Shown here: positions 40,940 to 50,900 of the stretch, in pieces
How the letters are laid out: every line of letters starts with the position of its first letter
Position numbering within the stretch: position 1 is the stretch's first letter
Assembly: GCA_963666285.1 (NCBI GenBank)
Contig: OY762711.1
Strand: one strand, 5' to 3'
DNA from: Sedimentisphaerales bacterium
GTDB lineage: Bacteria; Planctomycetota; Phycisphaerae; Sedimentisphaerales; SM23-30
DNA length: 64,000 nt
Notes under the pieces: model-generated
Databases searched by the model: none
The model's input: only the letters and a program-made list of their open reading frames with translations
What the model was told of the DNA's origin: nothing
Program-made: the position numbers and the translations under genes

Positions 40940-40970
40940 CGTATATCATAAAGCAAACCCAATAATTCAT

Positions 40971-42104
40971 TTAATAATGTTCAACCGATTTGGACTGCAT
41001 GTTCATCGCCTGCATCTGAAACAACTGTTGCTGGAGCAAGAGCATTTGCTGCTGAATAGCTTCTATTGATGAAATATTACCATTATTGTTTACCTGTATA
41101 TTGGTGACATTTTGTGTAGTTTGAACATCGGTTGGTTGCGCCATTGTCTGCTGTTGAAGATTATTTTTTGAATACACATTTTCAACTAAAGCTTTTTTCA
41201 AATCATTGTTATCCAGATGAACATATACATTTTGATGTTTACTTCCTGGGGCATGGCCTGCAAACTTATTATGTTCAATGCCCTTAACTCCAAGTTTGTA
41301 TAATTCTGTTAGCCGACTGTGCCTGAGTAGATAGGTATTGACTTTTCTTTTTATCCCAACTCTTACAGCCAACCTCTGGATTATTCTATTGATATATGCT
41401 GTTGAAATCGGTTTTTTCCGTGGCTGGTTTGCTCGTGCCATTGCCGGAAATATATAGTCATCATATTGAGGGTCAGGATAAGCCCATTGCTCATGCCACA
41501 TTTTTAAATATTTTATAGAATTATATATCGGCAGATCACGATCATGCGTTGTCTTGGTTGAGTAGAGGTGGACTTCTTTGTCATCCCAATTGATGTCACC
41601 CCAACACAAATCTCTGATTTCTTGTGGCCTAGCTGCAGTTTCAGCAAGAATCGCAAATAATGCCTTATCTCGCAGACGTTCGGCCAGGTGAAGCATTTGT
41701 TTTGCTTCTTGTGGCTTAAACAATACTGATTTGTTTATCTTTGTAGGATTCACCAGAGGACCGATAGGGTTTTTCAAGCATTCTATCATATCCAGGTTTC
41801 TGTAAAACCACTTTAAGAAACGCTTAATGGTTCTGCGTATCATTATTTTCGTAGCGTTTTCATGTTGAGAATAATTTACTAACCCCCAAAAGTCGATAGC
41901 ATCGTCTCGAGTTATCTGATCAAGAGGTTTTTCCATTACATCAATGAACTGCAGCATATATCGGCGATAATCTCTTACCTTTGTTGGGCCAGCGGTAGTA
42001 GCACAGAATCTCAGATAATCGTTAAGTATTTTCTTGTCACTGTCAGACAGGTTTTGAGCCAAAGGTTCAGAGTCTCTTCCGTACATTCGGTATTCACTTT
42101 TCAT
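40971..42104 (-). CDS. Tyrosine recombinase/integrase, archaeal-style, with Gln-rich tail
   Basis: ETAARPQE, STKT, YLLRHS, AGH, VYVH; SD GAGGTG. Confidence 0.85.
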   Translation of the reverse strand: MKSEYRMYGRDSEPLAQNLSDSDKKILNDYLRFCATTAGPTKVRDYRRYMLQFIDVMEKPLDQITRDDAIDFWGLVNYSQHENATKIMIRRTIKRFLKWFYRNLDMIECLKNPIGPLVNPTKINKSVLFKPQEAKQMLHLAERLRDKALFAILAETAARPQEIRDLCWGDINWDDKEVHLYSTKTTHDRDLPIYNSIKYLKMWHEQWAYPDPQYDDYIFPAMARANQPRKKPISTAYINRIIQRLAVRVGIKRKVNTYLLRHSRLTELYKLGVKGIEHNKFAGHAPGSKHQNVYVHLDNNDLKKALVENVYSKNNLQQQTMAQPTDVQTTQNVTNIQVNNNGNISSIEAIQQQMLLLQQQLFQMQAMNMQSKSVEHY

Positions 42105-42322
42105 AGTGCCACCTCTGGACAGTAGTGTTTTTGTGGTTTGTCTCGATTAGGACGGTTTAGAATGCCGTAAATGAGTGTTTCAGAAAAAAGGGGCTGGGGA
42201 GACAAAATGTAAATGCCCAGGCCGGGCTGACTCAATTTGACTCCACAGCCACTTTTACGGTGCAAATGGATTGTTTTTATCATGCTTTTTCTTAACAATT
42301 ACCCATATATAAATTATTCGTT

Positions 42323-42499
42323 TCATTCTACAAATCTGTTATAATACTCTTTTAAATAATACATCAAACATTGTTTACTACAAAACAATGTCTCATCATC
42401 TAATTTCAGGAATCCTCTTGGTCCGATTACTCCTACTTCTAAATTAATCGCATTTTCTCCCAATCTTAAAGATTGTTTGCATTTTTGGCATTGCTTCAT
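42323..42499 (-). CDS. Small zinc-finger protein (58 aa), paralog of 43055..43234
   Basis: MKQCQKCKQSLRLGENAINLEVGVIGPRGFL..FCSKQC. Confidence 0.65.
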   Translation of the reverse strand: MKQCQKCKQSLRLGENAINLEVGVIGPRGFLKLDDETLFCSKQCLMYYLKEYYNRFVE

Positions 42500-42576
42500 T
42501 TTTGCATCAATGCTCGAGAGTAATAGATTTTTTATAAATGATCTATCGATTTTGGCGGTAAGATTTCAATGGGCAT

Positions 42577-43077
42577 TTATTTACGATGCCCAAATATACT
42601 TTTATACGTTGGCAAACAGAAGTGTTCTGCTGCTCTTAATCCGTGCAGGTCACGAATCAGTAGATCAAATTCAGAGATTTCTTTAGGAACGTGAAAAGAT
42701 AAAATCAACATTTCTGAACCAAGAAATTTGATAATTGTCTCTGGATTACCTTTTTCTTTTGGGAAGCTGCAATAATGTCCATCTTTACTTTGAAGCACAA
42801 TGTAATCCATGCTTAACTTATAGCCATCAGTAAAGCCATTGTTAACTATACGTAATTTCATAGTCAAACATTTCATCTTACTCATCATATTTTTTATACT
42901 GAAAGGATGACTAAGGCTTACAAGCTTTACTGCCAGATGGTTATCTATTGAAAGTTTATTATTGGCAGGTACTGTTTCATTCTTCTGTATGGTTGTAAGC
43001 ATATTCTGGATAACATGCATCTCAGCGGATACAGTATCTATCCGTCTGGATATTTCATTGACTATTTGGTAATTCAT
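42577..43077 (-). CDS. Hypothetical protein
   Basis: Start MNYQIV overlaps the upstream Zn-finger gene; coiled N-terminus, beta-rich C-terminus. Confidence 0.5.
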   Translation of the reverse strand: MNYQIVNEISRRIDTVSAEMHVIQNMLTTIQKNETVPANNKLSIDNHLAVKLVSLSHPFSIKNMMSKMKCLTMKLRIVNNGFTDGYKLSMDYIVLQSKDGHYCSFPKEKGNPETIIKFLGSEMLILSFHVPKEISEFDLLIRDLHGLRAAEHFCLPTYKSIFGHRK

Positions 43078-43234
43078 TTTGCACTCGTAAAAATGACCAG
43101 AAACATTGTTTGCTGCAAAATAGCATTTCATCGCCCAGGTTCAGAAAACCATGAGAGCCTATTACTCCGATTTCAAATTTAATGACATTCTGTCCTAATC
43201 GAAGGACACTTTCACATTTATGGCATTGCTTCAT
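43055..43234 (-). CDS. Small zinc-finger protein
   Basis: MKQCHKCESVLRLGQNVIKFEIGVIGSHGFL..FCSKQC. Confidence 0.65.
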   Translation of the reverse strand: MKQCHKCESVLRLGQNVIKFEIGVIGSHGFLNLGDEMLFCSKQCFWSFLRVQNELPNSQ

Positions 43235-43510
43235 AATCAATCATCACTGTAAGCCAAAGATTTGTTTATAAATAAACAACCGGTTTGGAGTGTTTTTGCA
43301 ATTGGGATAATTCTGTTTTAAAAAATGCCACAAAAGCTAAATAACGTCTATATAGCCAATTGAAGGTGTTTGGGAATGAGAAATTCTCACCGATATAGGA
43401 CAACTTCTGTTAGCGATTTTCAATATTTCGCTGGCAAAACTCATTTGTTTTTTTTATTTGCCCTCCAAAAAGGTTCAAAGTTGTTATTAAGTAGTGATAA
43501 CAACTTTGTT

Positions 43511-44086
43511 ATGAACTTTGACCGAACCGGCCACTGGCTTTTTAGGAGCAATAGACGACAAAAACTGCTTAGGCAATTATGTCAGCCTATGACAGCAAGT
43601 CAATTAAACACAAAAGTAAAATTGGCACGCAAAGATTGCAGTTTTGTAATTGCTGGCATGAATAGGCAGAACATTATTTATTGCCTGAACCCCGAAGCCA
43701 AGCGAAGCAGACTGTATGGTCTTACCGATTTGGGAAAATACTGGCGAAAACAGTTTTATCCTCAATTAGACGAATATAGTCAGCCTTCTGATATTGACTG
43801 GAATTTATACGGTTCTGTTTGTTTTAGCTATCGGAAGACTATCATTTTGGCATTAGATGAGCCGCGATACCCAGCTGACATCAAACGATACGCCAGATTC
43901 TATAATCCTGACATCAAGATGAGTTCTAATAATGTTCGTAATGTTATACCTGGACTTCTTGACAATGGAATAATTGTCAAAGTTGACACCAGAGGTGCAT
44001 ACCCTATGTATGACTTGACCGACACAGGCAGACAATTTCAAAATTTGCTGCGAAAAGCAGTGTCTAACCTTCAAAATGATAAATAA
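43511..44086 (+). CDS. Tandem winged-HTH protein
   Basis: Two repeats S..R..(L/I)L..L.(Q/E)P...Y.LTD.G; start moved to ATG 43511. Confidence 0.7.
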   Translation: MNFDRTGHWLFRSNRRQKLLRQLCQPMTASQLNTKVKLARKDCSFVIAGMNRQNIIYCLNPEAKRSRLYGLTDLGKYWRKQFYPQLDEYSQPSDIDWNLYGSVCFSYRKTIILALDEPRYPADIKRYARFYNPDIKMSSNNVRNVIPGLLDNGIIVKVDTRGAYPMYDLTDTGRQFQNLLRKAVSNLQNDK

Positions 44087-44819
44087 AATCCACCCTATCG
44101 ATGCCCTTGAAGGGCTTAAAAAGCTGAAAACCAATAGTGTTGACTTGATCATAACTGACCCGCCATATAATATTGCATCCGGCAATGCTCTGACAATCCA
44201 GCAAGGCAAACTTAAGAGTACCAAAGATGCCTGGGGGCAATGGGACATACACCATCCTTTCGATTATGATGTGTTCATGTGTCAGGTAATCATCGAATGC
44301 TACAGGGTTCTAAGGCCGGGCGGCTCTTTTTATATGTTCACTGCTCAGGAAGATAACGGTTATTTTATTCGTCAAGCCGTCAAAAAAGGATTCCAGCTTC
44401 GAAGAGTTATGGCGATGGTCAAAAAGAATCCACTGCCAAGTATGAGCAAAAGAAACTGGAGAAGCAGCTTTGAACTTTGCATGTATATGACCAAGCCATC
44501 GTCTGGTAAGAATGCAGGCTACAAGGACGTAACCTTCAATTTTCTTTCACAGCAAGACTGCATTAATGTATTTCAATATGCCAACGGCAGAAAGCACACA
44601 AAACATCCAACCGAAAAGCCTCAGGCGTTTATTGAATTGCTGGTAAACATCAGTTCTAATCCCGGCGATGTCGCACTTGATCCATTTATGGGTGGCGGAA
44701 CAACGGCAGCGGCAGCAAAAAAACTAGGGCGTAAATTCATTGGTTTCGAGTTGAACCCGGAATATATACAGATGGCTGAGAACCGTTTGGAACAGATTGA
44801 TTCGGGGGCGAAACAATGA
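44076..44819 (+). CDS. Orphan N4-C/N6-A DNA methyltransferase (beta class)
   Basis: ITDPPY, HPTEKP, LDPFMGGGT. Confidence 0.92.
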   Translation: MINKIHPIDALEGLKKLKTNSVDLIITDPPYNIASGNALTIQQGKLKSTKDAWGQWDIHHPFDYDVFMCQVIIECYRVLRPGGSFYMFTAQEDNGYFIRQAVKKGFQLRRVMAMVKKNPLPSMSKRNWRSSFELCMYMTKPSSGKNAGYKDVTFNFLSQQDCINVFQYANGRKHTKHPTEKPQAFIELLVNISSNPGDVALDPFMGGGTTAAAAKKLGRKFIGFELNPEYIQMAENRLEQIDSGAKQ

Positions 44820-45277
44820 ATACCTTGAAATATATTCGAGCTGAACCACAGTACAATGTAAATGAAAGTTCTGTCAGCAAGGCAGAAGAATTGCTAAGCA
44901 ATACGCTGGCAGAGTTTGGCACACCTAACCAAGATTACGAACCATCAGATAATATTGTAAGTGGAATCGAAAAGGCAACTGAACTTGTGCTTTGGCAATT
45001 GTCCAGGTTAAACAAAATGCATAAACAGACAATTGAAAGCATTCTTAAGGCAGAATGCAAGGCATCAACCGATCTTGAACGACTTCACCAGTTGGGATCA
45101 CGTTTCATCAATCCCACCGACACAAGAGCTGCACAGCTAAAGGATAGATTGGTTACTTTGGAAGAAAAAAGAAGACAGGCTGAGCTGGCATTCTTCGAAA
45201 GACAGTCAAAATGCCTTGAGAAACTGACAACACTGGTTGGCAGACACAAACTAATGACTCCGCCTCAGCACAGATGA
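44816..45277 (+). CDS. Coiled-coil hypothetical protein
   Basis: ATGA-coupled on both sides; heptad-rich. Confidence 0.65.
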   Translation: MNTLKYIRAEPQYNVNESSVSKAEELLSNTLAEFGTPNQDYEPSDNIVSGIEKATELVLWQLSRLNKMHKQTIESILKAECKASTDLERLHQLGSRFINPTDTRAAQLKDRLVTLEEKRRQAELAFFERQSKCLEKLTTLVGRHKLMTPPQHR

Positions 45278-47385
45278 ACATAGAAAAACTGGCCAAATGG
45301 CTGGAACCAATCATGCCTGACAAAATCAAGACATGGTTAAAAGTGCGAGACATGAGTGACCCAGCGACAAAACAGTTAATAGAAAAGCAGATCATATCCA
45401 CCGCATACAGTGTTTTTGGTGACCCCAGAAAAGCTATGCTACTTTCATTGCCGCCATCAAAGGTCACGGACAAGCCTTTGAAACTTGGTAGCGTGTATTA
45501 TGAACGCAGGCGAGGGGCATTCGGTCTCAATAATCAACAATTGCTGCAGCACACAGCTATTTTTGGTCGCTCGGGGGCAGGTAAGAGTAATGTTGTTATG
45601 AACCTGTTTAGGCAGTTGATTAACCGTAACGTGCCAGTATTGTTCCTTGACTGGAAACGCAATGGTCGTGAAATAATCCCTCACGTCACGCGAAAAGTAC
45701 AAGTCTATACCGCTGGTCGTTCGGTTAGACCTTTTCCTTTTAATCCTTTTATCCCACCGCCTGGCATTGAGCTTAACGTCTATACTCAACATGTTGTCGA
45801 TGTTTTAGCTGATGCATACACGCTTGGTGATGGTGCAAGAAGTCTGATGCAAAAAGCCATCATCTCTGCAAGTAATAAATATGACAATGCCCCGAATGTG
45901 ATCCAAATAATTCACGAATTGGAACAGGTAAACGAATCAGAAAAGCTAGACCGCAGTCGAAGTCGAGGCTGGAAAACAACCGCAATGCGAGCGTTAGAAG
46001 AACTAAAGTTGGCCCAGCTGACAGGCGGTAATGCTCAATCGCAGCATAAGTTTGCTCGAAATCTTGCTGCCGGAATCAATGTCGTTGAGCTTGACAGCTT
46101 ATCCCAATCAACGCGTAAATTCATTATCCCATTACTATTTTCATGGGTATATCAGGTTAAGCTAGCCGATTCAAAACGTGAGAAATTATCACTTGTATTA
46201 ATCCTTGAAGAGGCTCACAATGTTCTTTATCGTGGTCAAGGTTCTAATGAGACACTGACCGAACAATTACTTCGTCAGTGTCGTGAAATTGGCATTGGCG
46301 TTATACTTGTAGATCAGCAACCCGGTCAATTATCTTCATCGGCTTTGGGAAATGTCCACAGCAGCATTTGCCTTAATTTAAAAGATCCCGCTGATATCAC
46401 AAAAGCAGCAGGCTTGTCTTTGCTCGATGAAACTGAAAAGAACTATTTAAATCAACTTGAGGTCGGCACTGGTATCGTGAAACTGCAGACACTGTGGCAA
46501 CGGCCCTTTATGGTGCGGTTTGACCATCTGGAACTTGCCAAGGGTAAGGTCACAGACGATGTATTGATTCGCCTGATGCGGGGCAATCTGCCGCAGTCTA
46601 CCCTGAGTCAGCGGGTTTGCCCCAATACCCCACGCAGTTCGCGCCGTCGCCTGCTTGATAGCGGCTTTAATGGGGACCAAGACCATGTCATTGGTCTTAT
46701 ACATGACATCTTACACCATCCATACGATGGTGTAAGAGTCCGCTATGAACGCATAGGGCTAAGCGTAGGTAAAGCCAATAAGCTCAAACAGGAATTACTG
46801 ACTTTAGGGTGGCTATCTCAAAAAATGGTTTCTCAGGGTAATACTCGGAGAGTTGTCCTTGAAATAACTGATGCAGGTCGCAGAGTATTTGATTTGCCAA
46901 TCACCCAGAAAAAGCCCGATCCGATCCTTTCTGTAAAGAAAACCACCACTCCAAAACCTGCCAGAAAAGGCTGGATCGATGTAGGCCTGATAATTGACTA
47001 TATCTCTAATGACAAGTCAGCTTCGCATATTCGCCGTGAATCTTTGGAACACTCCTACTGGAAAAATCGCTACGCTCGCCGCTTAATAGAGCTTGGCTAT
47101 GATGTTGAAATGGAAGCAGCAGTTGAAGGTGGTTTTGCCGATGTCGTTGCACACAAGGCCGGACAAACGCTGATTTGTGAGATCGAGACTGGACGCTCGG
47201 ACTTTATCAAAAACCTGCGACATGGCCTTCAATCGACTGACCTTGTTATCATCGTAGCAACCTGCGAAAAAGCCATGCAAAAAATCGAACGCACGTTAGC
47301 TGAAAAAGAATTACTGATACCCAGCAGGGTTGAAATTGTCCTCAAAGATCATTCCCGATTTTTTGGGGGGAGAAAAATAAGATGA
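45274..47385 (+). CDS. HerA/VirB4-like (DUF87) ATPase fused to wHTH and PD-(D/E)XK-like domain
   Basis: GRSGAGKS, LILEEAH, RQCREIGIG..LVDQ; C-terminal ESLEH...ADVVA...CEIETG. Confidence 0.82.
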   Translation: MNIEKLAKWLEPIMPDKIKTWLKVRDMSDPATKQLIEKQIISTAYSVFGDPRKAMLLSLPPSKVTDKPLKLGSVYYERRRGAFGLNNQQLLQHTAIFGRSGAGKSNVVMNLFRQLINRNVPVLFLDWKRNGREIIPHVTRKVQVYTAGRSVRPFPFNPFIPPPGIELNVYTQHVVDVLADAYTLGDGARSLMQKAIISASNKYDNAPNVIQIIHELEQVNESEKLDRSRSRGWKTTAMRALEELKLAQLTGGNAQSQHKFARNLAAGINVVELDSLSQSTRKFIIPLLFSWVYQVKLADSKREKLSLVLILEEAHNVLYRGQGSNETLTEQLLRQCREIGIGVILVDQQPGQLSSSALGNVHSSICLNLKDPADITKAAGLSLLDETEKNYLNQLEVGTGIVKLQTLWQRPFMVRFDHLELAKGKVTDDVLIRLMRGNLPQSTLSQRVCPNTPRSSRRRLLDSGFNGDQDHVIGLIHDILHHPYDGVRVRYERIGLSVGKANKLKQELLTLGWLSQKMVSQGNTRRVVLEITDAGRRVFDLPITQKKPDPILSVKKTTTPKPARKGWIDVGLIIDYISNDKSASHIRRESLEHSYWKNRYARRLIELGYDVEMEAAVEGGFADVVAHKAGQTLICEIETGRSDFIKNLRHGLQSTDLVIIVATCEKAMQKIERTLAEKELLIPSRVEIVLKDHSRFFGGRKIR

Positions 47386-47882
47386 AAGATGGATATTTGA
47401 ATAAGACATACAGGCAAACAAAACAAGATGTATATAATATGCTTGACTTGCTAAAAGATGAACTCAAAGAAGAAGAAACGAACGATATTAACTGGGGCCA
47501 TGTCGGCAATTTGGAACATGTTCGTGAAAATCTGATGGAGTCTTATTGTTTCGTCTCCGGCAAAGAAGTCGAAGATGTCAACCAAGAATTAGCCGACTAC
47601 CGTCAGAACCATACATATCCCGGATTCCAAATTGACCTTGAATGCCTTTCAGAGCGAATAGCCAATTGCCAGTATGAGTGCGATATGGCTGCTGAAGGTG
47701 GAGATGTGAGCAGATCGCTACATCAAGAATGTGACGTCAAATATTTAACGGATGTTCTAAATGCAGTCAATGATGGCAATTATGGTTCAGCCTATGAACA
47801 CATTGAAGGACTTACACCATTATCGGCAGATCATGTCCCGCTGCGATTATGCGAATTTTTGAAGCAATATTATTCAGGATGA
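47382..47882 (+). CDS. Hypothetical two-domain protein
   Basis: INWGHVGNLEHV motif in the N-half; C-half similar to 40168..40518. Confidence 0.65.
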   Translation: MKDGYLNKTYRQTKQDVYNMLDLLKDELKEEETNDINWGHVGNLEHVRENLMESYCFVSGKEVEDVNQELADYRQNHTYPGFQIDLECLSERIANCQYECDMAAEGGDVSRSLHQECDVKYLTDVLNAVNDGNYGSAYEHIEGLTPLSADHVPLRLCEFLKQYYSG

Positions 47883-47963
47883 TTTTGGATCAATACTGGA
47901 ATGTTATTTTTCTTAATTTATTGTAAGAAAGAAAATTCGGTTTGGTATCTATACCTCTTACAG

Positions 47964-50900
47964 TTATGAATTTTCCAAAGCACCGCTTTCGTATAATCTC
48001 TTGAGGGAATACAGATCATCCCGATCAGATATTGTCAACAGATTCCGCCTAGCAATGTCTTCTATTTGATCTTGGCTGTCATTCCCTAAAAGTTCTATCG
48101 CTAAGTGAGCAATGCGTTTGTCAGGGGAACTACCTAAAGATTTGAATATTGAAATTGTATGAGAATCATATTCCAAATCCAAAGTTTTCATAGTCATCAG
48201 TGTTTTTATGACGACTTTTTGTTCTGGATCGCCAAGCATGTGCTTTATAGTCATAAAAACATCATTAGCTGTAAGAATATCTTTATGGAATAATTCCTCA
48301 ACGGCTTTGATTGCGACACATCGCACTTCACTGCTATCATCTTCAAGTTTTCTTATTAGGCTTTCAACGATTTCCTTGTGTGAGGAATTTATCATTATTC
48401 TGAGACTGTCCACTGCTTCACTGCGAACTTCTTTATTAAGGTCATCTAGTTTTTCTAAAATTGCTGTCACTGCTTTTGGGAAGTTGTCTTTAAGGTATTG
48501 GTGAAGCTCTCCAAGTGTATAAATCATAACACTTCGTACAGCTGAATCAGGGTGTCCTAAATGGTTAATAATACTTTTCATCGCTTTTGGGCTAATAGCT
48601 TTTTTGATGTCATTGCTTTGCTCAATCGCTCTTAAGGCTTCAACTCTCACAGACCACTCCGAATCACTCAGCTTATTGACAATTAAGTCTGCGACATTTG
48701 CTTCATATCGATCAAGCATTTTCGCCAAAGCTTTTATTGCCGCGCATCGAATGTTAGCTTTTTTAGACCTATGCCTTCTTAATAGTGTATTTGCGTTTTT
48801 GTCACTTATATGTTCTTTTATTTCTGCAATTGCTAACATGGGCCAATATTGATCTATTTTTTTATCATTGAGCATTTCTGTTATCATTGTTACAATTTCA
48901 TTGTCTTGATCGCCGATTTTAACTTTATACTCTGCCAGAAAACTTATCACAGAATGTTGGACATAAGCACTTTTATTTCTGATTTGAGAAATTATTCGCA
49001 CTGCAATGTCACTATTTATTTTATCTTTCAATACTCTCAGAGTGTCAATAGCACTGCTGGCTATCATGCCATCAGCATTTTCAATCAAGGCAGCTATTTC
49101 AGAGATTATTTCTTCATCTATATAATCCTTTAAATGTCGAAAACCTGAAAGAGCAAAGTGGACAATAACAGGATTAGAGCCACATATGTCTTTTTGCAGA
49201 TGAGTCACAACTTTTCGGCCTTGAAGCCTTACCATTTCTTCGAGAGTTAAATAATCATAGGCATGCTCATTTTTTGTCTCTAATTGTACAATAGCTTTAT
49301 CAATATCTACATAGCAAAGATGCCTGATCGCTTCGCTGGCAAAAAGCGAGTCATCTAACAAATCTTCTAACTTGTTGACTATTTTGTTTTTGACTTTCTG
49401 GCTTATATATTTTACTTCTGGAACTAATTCAGCCGCTAAAAATAACTTCGAATGAATAGCATTGTCGTCTTCATCAAGGATGTCGGCAATGATATTTTGT
49501 CCTTTAATTCCAGTTATAAATTTAAGTACTTCTTTCCACTTTGGATTCCATTTTTCCTGTAGCACAAGTGCAAAAGATTCACCGTTTTCCGAACAATATA
49601 CAGCAGCTAAATATTCCTGATACGATTGATGATTAAAAACAAAAGATTTGTTATTTGTGTTTGAAAATAAATTAGCAAGCCCCAATTTGGGTAAGCGGTC
49701 TAAATGTATACCTAATGATTGATGTGCAATTTTAAGCGGGATATTCTGGAGGCAATGCTGTTTGTTGGCAATCGCATCATAAGAAATCTTTTCATAAGCC
49801 TTGCGAATATCTGTTATTTCACCAATCCCGAGATTAAGACTTTCATGTCTGTATTGTAGAGGATCAAGCAAATAATTGATAAATCTTTCATATAGTCCGG
49901 AACGATTTACAACCTCTTGAGTTAAGTCTTTATCAATAAGGGTTTGAACCATATAAGCAAGCATCGGAATTGTTAACATCTCGGGGCAATTAATGCAGAG
50001 TTCTTTTGCTGCCTTATAATCATCGCCAAAATATTCATTCACTAACCTTGGCGTAAATGGTCTTAGTCGCAGAAAAGATGCTTGCCCATCTTGCTCCAGA
50101 TGCGAAACTGCAGAGGGACGTGAAGCAATGACAATCTTGTCGCTGATGGTTGTAAGTATCTTTTCTGCCAAATTTACATATGTGGTTCCATAGCCATCTA
50201 TTTGATCAAGGCCATCTATTAGAAAAACTATCCTTTCTCGATATTTAAGAAGAAAATGTTCTACATTTTCACTGCCAAGGTAACCATCAAATAGTTGGGC
50301 TACCTGTTTCAAGAAAGTACTAGTATTCCTTTTGCTTAAATTAAAGTTCGCAATGTTGTCGGCATCCAAAAAAATAGGTATCAAGCCGTAATCGCTCTTA
50401 AGAATATTAAGCTGTAAATCCCTTAGAAATATTGTTTTCCCAAATCCTGTATCAGAACTAAGAATGTATTTACCATGTAAATTCAAAAGTTCTGCTATGT
50501 TAAGGATATTCCAGCTTCTTGTAGATTTGTTGGAGTCATCAACCAAACCTATTTCAACCACCATGGAAATGGGTTCTTTGCCGTACAGTCTGGCAGTTAA
50601 ATGTTCTGATGCCTCATACTTAATATTGTTGCAAAATGTTACAAACTGCTTGTCATCTGGGGCTTTTTCGGTCAGAAGATCTGTATTTAATATTTTTTTA
50701 AGCTTACCCTTAATTCCTAGCTGACGGTATTGTTTAATTAGTTCATCTTCATCAAATAAACATTTGCCAAACAAAACATCTAGAAGTTGCCTTAACTTAA
50801 CCCCTTCAATTTGATTGCCGCCGTTGTCCATGAAGGTGACATTCTCAGGTAAGGCACAGAGCCAACCTGCCGCTAAATTACTATAATTACCTGTAAAATT

